From an uncultured Thermococci archaeon (lineage in GTDB: Archaea; CAYQAE01; CAYVLA01): 64,000 bases of DNA. The notes under the pieces are model-generated. The model worked only from the letters and a program-made list of their open reading frames with translations, was not told the origin of the DNA and searched no databases. The translations under genes were made by a program, and so were the position numbers. Where the stretch lies: positions 1 to 64,000 of the forward strand of contig CAZJVP010000104.1 in the NCBI GenBank assembly GCA_964549615.1. Direction: 5' to 3'. This document shows, one piece after another, positions 1-9,631 of the stretch; the stretch's first letter is position 1, and every line of letters starts with the position of its first letter.

Positions 1-159
1 CCCCTCCGGCCCCCAAGATCACCCGCATCATCCCGCCCGTTATGCTCCAACGAAAGCTTTAATAGACAATAACCAAGAACACAACAAACAGCCGTCGCCT
101 GTGTTATCCCCGTTTTGGCGCTGTTTCGCTCACGTTTGCGATGATACCTACGCCCAACG

Positions 160-1272
160 GTGATCAACAACTTGAACACGAACATAACAGACGAGTTCTA
201 CAGGAAGCAGGGATGGGTCCACGGCCGAGAGCCCTTCATCCTAAACGTTCCTCTCCCCAACGAGTCGGTCTACGTCCCCCGGTACGAAGAAGAACTTGCC
301 CAAGCCGCCTTCATGATCCAGCATAACCAGGGCATGGTCAGCATCCTGTCCCCCATAGGCTACGGGAAGAGCGCTTTCCTCAGGAAGCTCAAGTACACCC
401 TCGAAAAGAGCAACCACTCAACCGTGATCCTCATCGAGAAGCCTCTCACGCACACCGAGATGCTTAGCTACATCAACCAACACCTTAGCCCTCCAACGCT
501 GCTGGACCGAATACTCCGCGTTTTCTCCAGGAGGAAGCCCGCGGAACTCGACAGAATCGCAACAAACATAACACAACAACTGGCCAACCGTAACGTTAGC
601 ATACTGATAGACGAGTTCCAAGAGATCGACGAGACGGCCGCGAGGTGGGTAAGGACACTCCACGACTCCGGTGCCTCCATCGTATTTGCCGGCACCGAGG
701 ACGCGATAGAGTCGATACGCAAGAAGGTCCCCCCACTCGAAGACAGGATAAAGATGCGCATATACCTTGACGCGTTCACTCCCGAAGAGACCAGGGAGCT
801 CATCTGCCGTAGGATAGCGTGGGCCAGGGGGCAAACCCAAATCACCGATCCCCGGCCCTTTACGGACGAAGCCATCGAGGAAATCCACGCCCAGTCAAGG
901 GGCGTCCCGCGCGACACCCTAACGCTGGCCGCTCAGCTCGTGTTCCACGCAATCCGCCTCAACAGGGATGTCATCGACGATACCCTCGTTACGGAGTTCC
1001 TTGGCAGAAAGCGGGAAGCAGCCCCCATGAGGGACCAGCTCCTAGATCGCTTCTCCCCCCAACAGAACGCCATAATGCGCGCCCTCGCCGACTTCCCCGA
1101 AGGGGCGCTGATCACCGACGTCCTCTCACGCCTAGGAGTGGACAACTACGGAAGCATCAACACCCAGCTCAATAGGCTCCGTAACATGGGCGTTGTTCAA
1201 GTCGAGAAAACTGGCAGGAAAAACCGATACATACTATCCAGGGAGGTCGCCAGGGCATTCAAGAAGGGATAG
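160..1272 (+). CDS. ExeA-like AAA+ ATPase with C-terminal winged helix-turn-helix
   Basis: Walker A SPIGYGKS, Walker B ILIDEFQ, lid motif SRGVPRD; C-terminal ~65 aa is wHTH-like (QQNAIMRAL...INTQLNRLRNMGVV...GRKNRYIL). Confidence 0.75.
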   Translation: MINNLNTNITDEFYRKQGWVHGREPFILNVPLPNESVYVPRYEEELAQAAFMIQHNQGMVSILSPIGYGKSAFLRKLKYTLEKSNHSTVILIEKPLTHTEMLSYINQHLSPPTLLDRILRVFSRRKPAELDRIATNITQQLANRNVSILIDEFQEIDETAARWVRTLHDSGASIVFAGTEDAIESIRKKVPPLEDRIKMRIYLDAFTPEETRELICRRIAWARGQTQITDPRPFTDEAIEEIHAQSRGVPRDTLTLAAQLVFHAIRLNRDVIDDTLVTEFLGRKREAAPMRDQLLDRFSPQQNAIMRALADFPEGALITDVLSRLGVDNYGSINTQLNRLRNMGVVQVEKTGRKNRYILSREVARAFKKG

Positions 1273-1477
1273 ACCCGTTTGAGCGTTTTACCGAGGGTAT
1301 AGAACGGACGTCTCCATAACTTTCCTCGTCCACTCTTAGGGGCTCTCCCTCCACTACACCGGATAAGCCTGGCGAAGGTATCCTTACTCAAACAACCAAA
1401 CACGTTCCACCGAACAGACAGCCCGTCCACCTATGCTCTATCCCGGGTCAAAGGTTCAAACGCCAGCTCACTCGGCG

Positions 1478-2473
1478 CTACAGAATAGTTACAGTCGCGC
1501 CTTTGTTGCGGCATCGGGCTTCATAGTGCACCAGGGCAGCGGCCGTGCCCTCAGCCGCTGCGAGGCGTGTGAGCGTCGAAAAGTAAAGTCTTCTTGACTT
1601 CAATCGGCCTATGACAAAGATCGCTGGCCCGAACGAGCTCATACCTACTGCAGCTGAACCGCCAACGGCTTGGGCGAAGCAACGGATGAGTCGTTTGACG
1701 AACTTGGACTGTCTATTGATTTCTTTTCTCTTGAATCCAAGGGTTGTGAGTAGGTTGATGCCTTTAACGAAGGTTTCGACGTCGCGTTCGGCGACAGCGG
1801 GGAGGATGCAGGACAACACGATGTGGGCGATCTTGCAGGTGTCCCGGCCCTGGATGGGGCAGTTCTTCCGGAAGAATTCGAGCTCCGGCCTGCCGGAAAG
1901 GCCGGCGGAAGATTGGGGTACAAAGACGTCGAATATCCAGTCCCGGGGAAGGGGCGATCTGAAAAGCACCGGGGGCGGAGGTGCGGCTGATCGGTCTGAT
2001 GGCAAGAATCCCTGTTTTTGCTTCCCTGGCCCGAACGTGTGACCCCCGTCGAATATGAAGCCGCCATGCTCAAATGCAGCAACGCCGACGCCGGACGTTC
2101 CACCCCTGCCGACGATCCTCGCGAGTTCCCTGACCGTGGCGTTGCATCCATACAATGCATTATAGGCGGCGGCAGTCGACAGCAACATTTGGGTCGTGAG
2201 TCCAAGACCAACGTGGTGGGGATAGGACTCCAACACCTCGATCTCGAGCCCTTTATGCAGCCCGTAGTGCTTGTTGAGTCTTTGGAGTGCGAGGTGCGCT
2301 AGGTCGGGAAACATATTCGTCTTTAGCGAACGTCCGGGGCATGCCCTAAGGACGAGTCGCGGGCGGGTCAAGGCAACGCCGATGCTGCCGTCGATTCTTC
2401 CGAGGTCGCCCGTAAGGTCAAGGAGCGCGAAGTGGAGCCTGGCGCCAGTCTCAACAACCACTCGGTTTGCCAT
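1478..2473 (-). CDS. beta-ribofuranosylaminobenzene 5'-phosphate (beta-RFAP) synthase, GHMP-kinase fold
   Basis: ARLHFALLDL..GRIDGSIGVAL, HVGLGLTTQ, RGGTSGVGVAAFEHGGFIFDGGH, GMSSFGP; start moved to ATG 2473. Confidence 0.9.
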   Translation of the reverse strand: MANRVVVETGARLHFALLDLTGDLGRIDGSIGVALTRPRLVLRACPGRSLKTNMFPDLAHLALQRLNKHYGLHKGLEIEVLESYPHHVGLGLTTQMLLSTAAAYNALYGCNATVRELARIVGRGGTSGVGVAAFEHGGFIFDGGHTFGPGKQKQGFLPSDRSAAPPPPVLFRSPLPRDWIFDVFVPQSSAGLSGRPELEFFRKNCPIQGRDTCKIAHIVLSCILPAVAERDVETFVKGINLLTTLGFKRKEINRQSKFVKRLIRCFAQAVGGSAAVGMSSFGPAIFVIGRLKSRRLYFSTLTRLAAAEGTAAALVHYEARCRNKGATVTIL

Positions 2474-4022
2474 CGTCGAATTCCCTCTGGAACAGCGGTT
2501 CATCCTGGATGTAGCTCCTACCCATGGCAAGTGCGAGCTCTGCCTTTGCGAGCTCTTTCCCAAGGTACAGGGCATGTCCAGGGTCGGGCAGGAGGCCCTG
2601 TGCCGCGAGTTCGTTAGCAATCTCTTCGGCGGACGTTCCGATGACGTCTACCTCGCCATCGGGCAGTCGGCAGATCACGTGGATATGGGAATCTAGGACG
2701 ACGATGTGAAAGCACTGGCGGGCGTTGCCAGCGTGGTTCTTGGCGGGGGCGGATGCGCGAACCCGCTTGGAAGGCAGAGCGACTGGATAGGATCGGATCA
2801 TCTTCTCCTTGCACATGAGGAGGTCCATTCCCAAGTTCTTGGGCGGGACCCGGTTCCGTACTGAGTAGAACATCATCAAACAGGCCCTGCGCAGCTCGCT
2901 GACGCTGCCCCGGGTCTTGGGACTCGCCTCCGTCGTTAGGAGTAGGCTAACGCCGCTCTCCACGGCAATTGCCGCGAGCGTTGCATTCATCCCTATGGAA
3001 TCAACGTCCGCGAGTTCGACCACGTTGGCGACGCCCATTAAGGAGGGTCGGTCCGGGACACGACTGGGAAGCTCCAAGAAGGACCGGAGCGACTCTGAGA
3101 AGCCGAGGCCTATCGGATCCAGGAGGGGATCTACGATGACATCGTGGTCTCCCAGGGCCTCCGAGTAACGGGCGAGAAGCTCCAAGCGCTCGGAGGAAGA
3201 TCCCGGACGCGGGCCCGCCGCGGCCTCGAGGGGCACGACAACCACGGGAGGCTCCAGGGAGGCCACTAGGTCGAGGGTTTCCCCGCAGACGCTGAGTATC
3301 AGGTCAGCACCCGCGTCCGCTGCGGCAAGTATCTCCTTTTCGCGCATCGTGTCCACGCTGACGGGGGTGCCCGTGGTCTGCCTGACTAACGGCACCATGG
3401 AGCGTATTAGTTCAGGGTGGTCTTCTCCCGGTGTCATGCCGAGGTCCACTATGGCGGCTCCGGACGCAGCGAGCAGCTGCGCCTCTTGGAGGATGGCGGA
3501 TGTGCTTTTCCTAGGAAGATCTACGATCTCGCCAATGATGCTGGGCGGGAAGGGCCGCCCCACGGGGATGCGCGAATCCCCCGAACCAATAAGGATTGAT
3601 GAGGCGGGGAGCTCGCCAGAGATTCTCCTTGCCTTTGCAAAGAGCTCCGTGACCCTTTCTTTCAAGCGCTCCTTCATGAGGAGGTCGGCGGGCACGCATC
3701 TGGAGAGTTCTTGTTCGTCAAGGGCTTCCAAGATCAGGGGAAGGTCACTGTAATGGATTGGGCCTAGGTAGAAAGGCACGGAGAAGATACGTTCTAGTTC
3801 CTCAAGGTCCAGCCTTACTGCGCCCGGAAGGAGGACGAAGTCATAGCGGGAGAGATCGCGGCGCGCCAGTTCGGATTGGATCAGACGGGAAGTCATCAAG
3901 CACGCGACGTCGATCGGAAGTTCGAGCACGTCCACGTTCTGTCCTGCGAGCAGCTCGGCTATCTTGCGCGAGCAGAGTCTCCCGGTCAGGACCAAAACTC
4001 TCCTTTCCGGTCTACTGGACAT
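2451..4022 (-). CDS. dihydropteroate synthase-like protein (pterin-binding barrel plus C-terminal DUF4346-like domain)
   Basis: VLVLTGRL N-terminus, GAAIVDLG, PVSVDT, ELADVDSIGMNATLA, LLTTEASPKTRGSVSEL, HALYLGKELAKAELAL..GRSYIQDEPL. Confidence 0.85.
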   Translation of the reverse strand: MSSRPERRVLVLTGRLCSRKIAELLAGQNVDVLELPIDVACLMTSRLIQSELARRDLSRYDFVLLPGAVRLDLEELERIFSVPFYLGPIHYSDLPLILEALDEQELSRCVPADLLMKERLKERVTELFAKARRISGELPASSILIGSGDSRIPVGRPFPPSIIGEIVDLPRKSTSAILQEAQLLAASGAAIVDLGMTPGEDHPELIRSMVPLVRQTTGTPVSVDTMREKEILAAADAGADLILSVCGETLDLVASLEPPVVVVPLEAAAGPRPGSSSERLELLARYSEALGDHDVIVDPLLDPIGLGFSESLRSFLELPSRVPDRPSLMGVANVVELADVDSIGMNATLAAIAVESGVSLLLTTEASPKTRGSVSELRRACLMMFYSVRNRVPPKNLGMDLLMCKEKMIRSYPVALPSKRVRASAPAKNHAGNARQCFHIVVLDSHIHVICRLPDGEVDVIGTSAEEIANELAAQGLLPDPGHALYLGKELAKAELALAMGRSYIQDEPLFQREFDDGKPSGC

Positions 4023-4686
4023 CCTGTCCCCTCCCTACCCTGTTCGTGATGGATGCCAGCTCACGCACACAGATCTGCAGGGCCTCCTCCGTCTCGGGAT
4101 CGTGCCCGGTCCTTCTGGCAAGTTCAAGTTTCTCCTCAACCGTCCTGCTGATCTGCGCCACCGGTTGATGGAGGCCGCGTTCGGCCGCGACGCGGGCTCT
4201 CGTGACGGATATGATGACCTCGATCGCAGCGGCGAAGCGGCGGCTGTGGGGTCTGGGGAGGCCAGGGATGACGGCTTGGACTGGCCGCAGAGTCAGTCTG
4301 TGGAAAACGGTGCGTCCCAGTTCGTCCTTCCTCGCCGTCGCGCGGTGAGATGCGAGGGAGACGAGAATCGAGGATGCCGCACCGGCGATGACCGGAACTC
4401 TCCAACCGCGCCTTGTGCAAAACGCGTCAGCAGGAGTCATGTTGAACGCGGTCTTGGCGAAAACGCGGGCGTCGTAGACGATGCTGAGCGTAGCCATACG
4501 GCTGTCCCGCAGATTGCGCAGGCTACGGGTTCCGGAGGCCAATTCGATATGCAGGTCGCTTCCCTTTCTCGTTACACCCACGGGCGCCGCATTGGGTTTA
4601 CCTTCGGCGTCGACGGTCGTGAGGATCATCTCGAAGATGACGGCCTCCGGGATGAGTTCGGCCATCCTCTCGATAACGCTTCTCAT
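4012..4686 (-). CDS. DUF447 family protein (FMN split-barrel, methanopterin-associated)
   Basis: EMILTTVDAEGKPNAAPVGV...TRSLRNL and AAAIEVIISVTR; located in the pterin cluster. Confidence 0.75.
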   Translation of the reverse strand: MRSVIERMAELIPEAVIFEMILTTVDAEGKPNAAPVGVTRKGSDLHIELASGTRSLRNLRDSRMATLSIVYDARVFAKTAFNMTPADAFCTRRGWRVPVIAGAASSILVSLASHRATARKDELGRTVFHRLTLRPVQAVIPGLPRPHSRRFAAAIEVIISVTRARVAAERGLHQPVAQISRTVEEKLELARRTGHDPETEEALQICVRELASITNRVGRGQDVQ

Positions 4687-5503
4687 TGCAGGTTGCTCCG
4701 ATGAGTTTTTCTAGCTCTTTTGGGTCGATCCTGAGTGCCTGGGGAATTGGAACCGGGGCGACGGAATACGCCCGGATGTTGGTATGCCGGAGGAGCTCCT
4801 CCGCAAGCTCCTTACCGATGGCAAGCTTGGCTAATTTGCGTTTCCTTAGGCGACGCTTGGAGGCGTTGGGGTCGGATCTCCAGCCCACCCGTGTGCCAAA
4901 GTCCATGCCGATGAGGACAAGGGCTCTAGCGCCGAATGCGGCGGCTAGGAAGAGGCACTTATCCCCATCGGTGAAGCCTCCGAAGTTCCTCACGAGGTCG
5001 GTTGGTTCCATCTGCGTGACGGGGACGACGTTTTGGAGGTCGGGTAGCCAGCGGGATATTGTCTCCATGTTGTCTGCGTGAGCGTGGAGGATCACGATGG
5101 CGCCTGCCTTGGATGCGGTGACGATGTCGGCGACCCTGCCGTCGAGGTCCGTGACGATCACGTCGGGCGTCATCCCGTTCTCAAGGAGCGCGGAGGTCGC
5201 TCCGTCGGCGGCTATGGCTGGGCATCGGGAGGCCCGCAGAACCGTTCCCAGACACCTGAGCTGACGGTCCAGAGATGGACCGCAGCCGAATATCAGGACG
5301 GTTCTTTCCTCAAGGAGCGTTCTGAGCCGCTCGAGCAACGGGCCAAGTTGGTTCTTCCTCGGTTCCATCAGCTGGTCGAGAACCGTGGTCGCCTTGCGGT
5401 CCAATTCTGGGTCCAGCTCAAGGAGCTTGGCGATCCGCGAGTACTTCGCCGACCAGAAGCGGGAATCAACGTCCGGGGAGAAAAGGAGCAACGCGGTCGC
5501 CAT
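4598..5503 (-). CDS. mptE: 6-hydroxymethyl-7,8-dihydropterin pyrophosphokinase, archaeal type
   Basis: GCGPSL, IAADGAT, PDVIVTDLDG, LHAHADN, NFGGFTDGDKCLFLA, LIGMDFG. Confidence 0.88.
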   Translation of the reverse strand: MATALLLFSPDVDSRFWSAKYSRIAKLLELDPELDRKATTVLDQLMEPRKNQLGPLLERLRTLLEERTVLIFGCGPSLDRQLRCLGTVLRASRCPAIAADGATSALLENGMTPDVIVTDLDGRVADIVTASKAGAIVILHAHADNMETISRWLPDLQNVVPVTQMEPTDLVRNFGGFTDGDKCLFLAAAFGARALVLIGMDFGTRVGWRSDPNASKRRLRKRKLAKLAIGKELAEELLRHTNIRAYSVAPVPIPQALRIDPKELEKLIGATCNEKRYREDGRTHPGGRHLRDDPHDRRRRR

Positions 5504-5680
5504 CGCTCAGAACATCGGCACATCTGATAAATAAATCGAGCTGAAGTCCTGGTTAACTCCCCGGCGAGCGCAGAGAACAGACCTCCACCATAGGTGCCTC
5601 TGCCGTTCCCAACAAGCCAGCTAGGATTAATAGTAATATGATTCTACCTAGGTCGGTTGGCTGAACAGAGGGTGAGTTGA

Positions 5681-7078
5681 ACGTCTGATCTGGAAGGACT
5701 TGCAAGGCGCCTCTTTGAGCGTGGAGTATCCGAGGAGGAACTGGTTGAAAGACTGGCTCAGGAGATACTCGACTTCAAAGATGTGGAGCGGGAGGAGGCG
5801 GGTCGGCTTGCTTCGGCCGTACTGAAGGAGGTTCGCGCAAGTTCCCTTGCCTTGGAAGGGAGACAGGAGGTCCTCAGATCCGTACGTTCTGGCGTGACGA
5901 TGGGCGAACAGGGTGTAGGTTGCCGGGGCACAGGGGACTTCCTTGTGCATCGCCTCGTTGCCGACCTCTCGGATACGGGGAAGGCGGCAGTTCTGGCTCC
6001 GGAGCACATGGACGACGCTGGGGCGGTCGAGCTGGGGCCTGGAAGCTACTTGGTAGCCAAGATGGAAGGCATGCATTCCCGCCTTAGCGACTTCCCGTTC
6101 CTTGCTGGCTTCCACGTTGCTCGCGCCGCGCTAAGGGACGTATATGTTAAGGGAGGCATTCCCGTGGGCCTTCTTGTAGATGTTCATCTGGCCGACGATG
6201 CGGACGTGGGCAAGCTCTTCGACTTCACGGCCGGAGTGGCGGCTGTGAGCGAGCTCTCGGGCTGTCCCATCCTTGGGGGAAGCACCTTGAGGATCGGCGG
6301 CGACATGGTCATCGGGACCCGGATGACAGGGGGGGTCAGCGTCGTCGGGGTCGCCGCTAAGCTATACCCCAGGCGGGATGTGAGGCCGGGCGACTCGATC
6401 ATAATGACGGAGGGGGCCGGCGGAGGGACCATCTGCACAACGGCCATATACTCCGGCAGGCCGGAAGTGGTGTGGGAAACGCTTAACCTCCGGTTCCTCA
6501 CCGCCGCGAGAGCCCTGATCGAAGGAGAGAACAGGGGCTCGATCCACTGTCTGGCCGACGTTACCAATGGGGGGATAAGGGCCGATCTGTACGAGATCGG
6601 ACAGGAAGCTGGATGTGGCTCGATCGTCTATGAGGAAAGAATCGTGCCCCTGGTGAACCCCTCTGTCAAGACGCTGCTTGACGAAAACGACGTGGACTAC
6701 CTCGGAGTTTCCCTCGATTCGCTCCTCGTCTTCTGCGAGGAGGGGGCCTCGGACTCGGTGATCGAGGAGCTTGACAAGGTCGGTGTGAAGGCAAGCGTGA
6801 TCGGCCAGACGACTGCAGACCCCGCAGTACGGCTCGTGCGCAAGGCCGAGGTCATCGAAGTCCTCCCAAGGTTCAGGGAGAGCGCGTACACCCCCATCAA
6901 GAAGGTTGTCGATTCTCGGAAGCCGGGCGAACGAGCGGTGATGGAGGAACGCCTGCGTTCGGCTGCGGCTGAGGCTCTGGCCAAGAGAAGAGCCGTCGTG
7001 CAGGCTATCAAAGAGAGGGATCTCACCTGCGGCTGTGGATCTCGACCTGGGCCAGAAGGTCGCGCGGGTTGTCCTTGA
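5681..7078 (+). CDS. AIR-synthase (PurM-like) related protein, archaeal family of unknown function
   Basis: GVTMGEQGVGCRGTGDF, GMHSRLSDFPFLAGFHVARAALRD, GGSTLRIGGDM, DVTNGG. The frame is open from ACG 5681; the first canonical start is GTG 5783. Confidence 0.8.
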   Translation, partial: TSDLEGLARRLFERGVSEEELVERLAQEILDFKDVEREEAGRLASAVLKEVRASSLALEGRQEVLRSVRSGVTMGEQGVGCRGTGDFLVHRLVADLSDTGKAAVLAPEHMDDAGAVELGPGSYLVAKMEGMHSRLSDFPFLAGFHVARAALRDVYVKGGIPVGLLVDVHLADDADVGKLFDFTAGVAAVSELSGCPILGGSTLRIGGDMVIGTRMTGGVSVVGVAAKLYPRRDVRPGDSIIMTEGAGGGTICTTAIYSGRPEVVWETLNLRFLTAARALIEGENRGSIHCLADVTNGGIRADLYEIGQEAGCGSIVYEERIVPLVNPSVKTLLDENDVDYLGVSLDSLLVFCEEGASDSVIEELDKVGVKASVIGQTTADPAVRLVRKAEVIEVLPRFRESAYTPIKKVVDSRKPGERAVMEERLRSAAAEALAKRRAVVQAIKERDLTCGCGSRPGPEGRAGCP

Positions 7079-7706
7079 TCGTCATCAGGGCCAGCCGCGG
7101 TTCCATGCCGGCGTCGGTGGCTATCTGCAGTGCCCGCTCTTGGGTGATGAAATCCTCTGGCTGATGGAAGTCCGTGTTGACCAGCATCTTGAGACCGACC
7201 TCGGTGCAGACCCTCGCAACGTGTGGGTTTGCTCGGTTATGTCCCGCTCTGGCCGTTATCTCGGCATACTTGCCAGAATCGGCTGCAATCATTGCGTCAG
7301 CTTGGGAGAGCTGACCGGGGTGCGCGAGGATATCGACATACCTAGAGCGAACCGCCGCTGCATTCGTGCCAGGCAGCACGGGTTCGGCAGGGGTCTCACC
7401 GTGGACTAGGACGATGTTGGCCCCGAATTCCTTGGCAGTCCTGGCGAGTTCGTTTATCGTCTGGTAGGGCACGTGGGTCAGTTCAACGCCGGCCAGCATC
7501 TTGATCTCCCAGAATGAGTTTATGTCACGCGCGGCCGCCACCAGCCCGCACACCGCGGACTTCAGATTTGTCTTGTCTGCGTGGTCCGTGATCGCGATGG
7601 CCTGGTGTCCGAGCGCTTCCGCACGGCGCGCTATCTCCGAGGTGATCAATTCCCCGTCGCTCAGGATGGAGTGCATGTGGAAATCGCATCTCTTGCCCAG
7701 TTCCAA
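7023..7706 (-). CDS. PHP-domain (histidinol-phosphatase-like) phosphoesterase
   Basis: DFHMHSILSDG, AITDHAD, GVELTHV, LVHGET, ILAHPG, NTDFH; TTG 7706 preceded by GAGGAG. Confidence 0.85.
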   Translation of the reverse strand: MELGKRCDFHMHSILSDGELITSEIARRAEALGHQAIAITDHADKTNLKSAVCGLVAAARDINSFWEIKMLAGVELTHVPYQTINELARTAKEFGANIVLVHGETPAEPVLPGTNAAAVRSRYVDILAHPGQLSQADAMIAADSGKYAEITARAGHNRANPHVARVCTEVGLKMLVNTDFHQPEDFITQERALQIATDAGMEPRLALMTIKDNPRDLLAQVEIHSRR

Positions 7707-7741
7707 GGTGCTCTCCTCGTGGCCGCCTCCTCGACGCAGGC

Positions 7742-8314
7742 TTAAACTGGTTTTGCCGAATCGGTGAAGAGCGATGCAGCGAAGAACTCTGAGATCACGA
7801 TCAGCGGGCGCTCCTCCGTGATGATGTTGTAGGTCCTGAACAGGTACGGCCCCTCCAGCCCAAGGAGTCTTCCCAGCCACGTGCTCGTAGGCATGAGCCC
7901 CACGTCGATGATCTCCCTGCGCGCCTCGATCTTGTGTTTCTGCATAATGGTCCCGATGGGCGTATCGGCTCTCATGAGATCGTTCTTGAATTGCGGTTTG
8001 AGGCGACTTAGGGGGGCGTAGGATTTTGCGTACAGGAGGGGCTGTGCGTCCGATTCCCTATAGATTATTATCTCCCTCTCGTTGACAGGCTCGCCCCGCG
8101 ATACCTGCAGAAGCTTGGCCGCGTTCGATGGGCAGGGGACCACGAGTTGGCTGAGCGTCTTGAGTTCGGCTTTGCAGCAGAATACCAGTTCAAGCAGCCT
8201 GGTCATCGAACCGTCATGGCCAAGCAGCACCCTGTGAACTGGAAGAAGGTGATGCCGGCGACTCATCCGGCGTATCTTTGCTGCAATGCGGTCTTCAGGT
8301 TTTCGACGTGGCAT
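7742..8314 (-). CDS. chorismate pyruvate-lyase (UbiC/DUF98-like)
   Basis: VLLGHDGSMTRLLE, VNEREI, LLYAKSY, DLMRADTPIGTIM..HKIEARREI, RTYNII, ISEFF. Confidence 0.8.
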   Translation of the reverse strand: MPRRKPEDRIAAKIRRMSRRHHLLPVHRVLLGHDGSMTRLLELVFCCKAELKTLSQLVVPCPSNAAKLLQVSRGEPVNEREIIIYRESDAQPLLYAKSYAPLSRLKPQFKNDLMRADTPIGTIMQKHKIEARREIIDVGLMPTSTWLGRLLGLEGPYLFRTYNIITEERPLIVISEFFAASLFTDSAKPV

Positions 8315-9608
8315 GACAACTTCTCCGGAGCAGCCCAAGGACATGCCTGCTCACTCCGCTTCCGTACTGTATTGCGCACTTCTCGGCGAAGACGTCTCCC
8401 TCGGCTAGGCCGAGTTCTAGGCCGGCGTCCCTGAGCAGGACCTTCCTTTGTCCGTTGCGGATCTTCATTTCGAGCGGCAACGACAGCGCGAGCCGGACGA
8501 CGTCCTCGTCAAGGTACGGCAAAAAGAGCTCGACGCCGGCTGAGCGGACCGCTAGGGTGCAGGTCTCCAGGCCCCGAGCGTGAAGCTGGAGAAGATCCCT
8601 GAGCATCGACTGTTCGGGCGCCGGGTCCGAGAGGTAGCGTTTGTAGCCGCCGAAGAGCTCGTCCGCCCCCTGTCCGCAGATGGCGGTGTGGATTCCCAGT
8701 TCATGCGCCTTGGTGGATGCGTGCAATAGCGGAAGCGCTATGGAGACGTTCAGAGCATTCTCGGCCCTCATTACCTCGGAAATGAAAGCGACTTCCTTGG
8801 GGATTCTCCCAGGAGCTATCTCAACCGTCTCCAACGGGCTCGACAGGTTGCTGGAAGCTCTTTGCGCCCGGGCGAGGTCCTTGCAACCTTTCAAGCCTGC
8901 GGTTATGCAAACGGTGTCGCCCTCTTGCTCGCTGATCTTTGCGAGCAGGAGGCTGTCGATGCCGCCCGAAAAGAGCACCGCTCGGGGCGTTGGGAGGGCC
9001 CGAATTGCCCGTTTCAGGCAGGCGATGAGGTCAACTACCGGTGTGGAGGCTGGATCGGGGCGGCAGCCTTTCGGTGCGACGGGCAGATCGACCTGCCGCG
9101 CTGTGTTGAGCTCCATCACCCGAGACGGAGGGAAACGCCCGGGAGGACCAATCCCCAAGGCGGAGACAGCGCCGGGTTCGGTGCAGACTGCCGTGATGTC
9201 TGCGTTTCGCGTCACGAAAAATGGCCTAGTGCCCAGCGCGTCACGCCCAGCGATCATCCCATTCCCACAGCTATTGATGGCAGCTCCGAACAAGGGCGCA
9301 TCAGGCCCTGGGGCGAGGAGACGCTCCGTCAGAAAGACCCTAGACAACTCCAGAAGATCCGACCTACAGGTGGGGGCATCCATGAGAAGGCGTCCAAACA
9401 TGGGGCCTCCGCCAATCCTTACCGCCCCGAAGGAAGCCAGTTCGTTGGGCAACTCGATGGAGGAATCGTCCCCAGAGAAGCAGAGGTCGCCGATGAAACC
9501 GGTGACATCGGAAGTCCGGGGCCTGATGGTTCGCGCGGTGATCATCCTTCCAAGGTAGTCGGCGATCCGAATCGGTCTGGAGGACGCCGCAGCGCAGATC
9601 CAGGGCAT
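8295..9608 (-). CDS. asparagine synthetase-related protein with degenerate glutaminase domain
   Basis: RDALGTRP, AVLFSGGIDSLL, GQGADELFGGY, LPYLD, RKVLLR, K.AIQYGSG; start uncertain (9608 or 9629). Confidence 0.75.
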   Translation of the reverse strand: MPWICAAASSRPIRIADYLGRMITARTIRPRTSDVTGFIGDLCFSGDDSSIELPNELASFGAVRIGGGPMFGRLLMDAPTCRSDLLELSRVFLTERLLAPGPDAPLFGAAINSCGNGMIAGRDALGTRPFFVTRNADITAVCTEPGAVSALGIGPPGRFPPSRVMELNTARQVDLPVAPKGCRPDPASTPVVDLIACLKRAIRALPTPRAVLFSGGIDSLLLAKISEQEGDTVCITAGLKGCKDLARAQRASSNLSSPLETVEIAPGRIPKEVAFISEVMRAENALNVSIALPLLHASTKAHELGIHTAICGQGADELFGGYKRYLSDPAPEQSMLRDLLQLHARGLETCTLAVRSAGVELFLPYLDEDVVRLALSLPLEMKIRNGQRKVLLRDAGLELGLAEGDVFAEKCAIQYGSGVSRHVLGLLRRSCHATSKT

Positions 9609-9631
9609 CGGCCTGCGTCCGAGCCCCATCA

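Noticed and set aside
8295-9608. AsnB-like gene as GAT-QueC archaeosine enzyme because it neighbours RaSEA
   Set aside because: It has AsnB motifs (GQGADELFGGY) and lacks the QueC C-terminal Cys zinc cluster and an N-terminal catalytic Cys.
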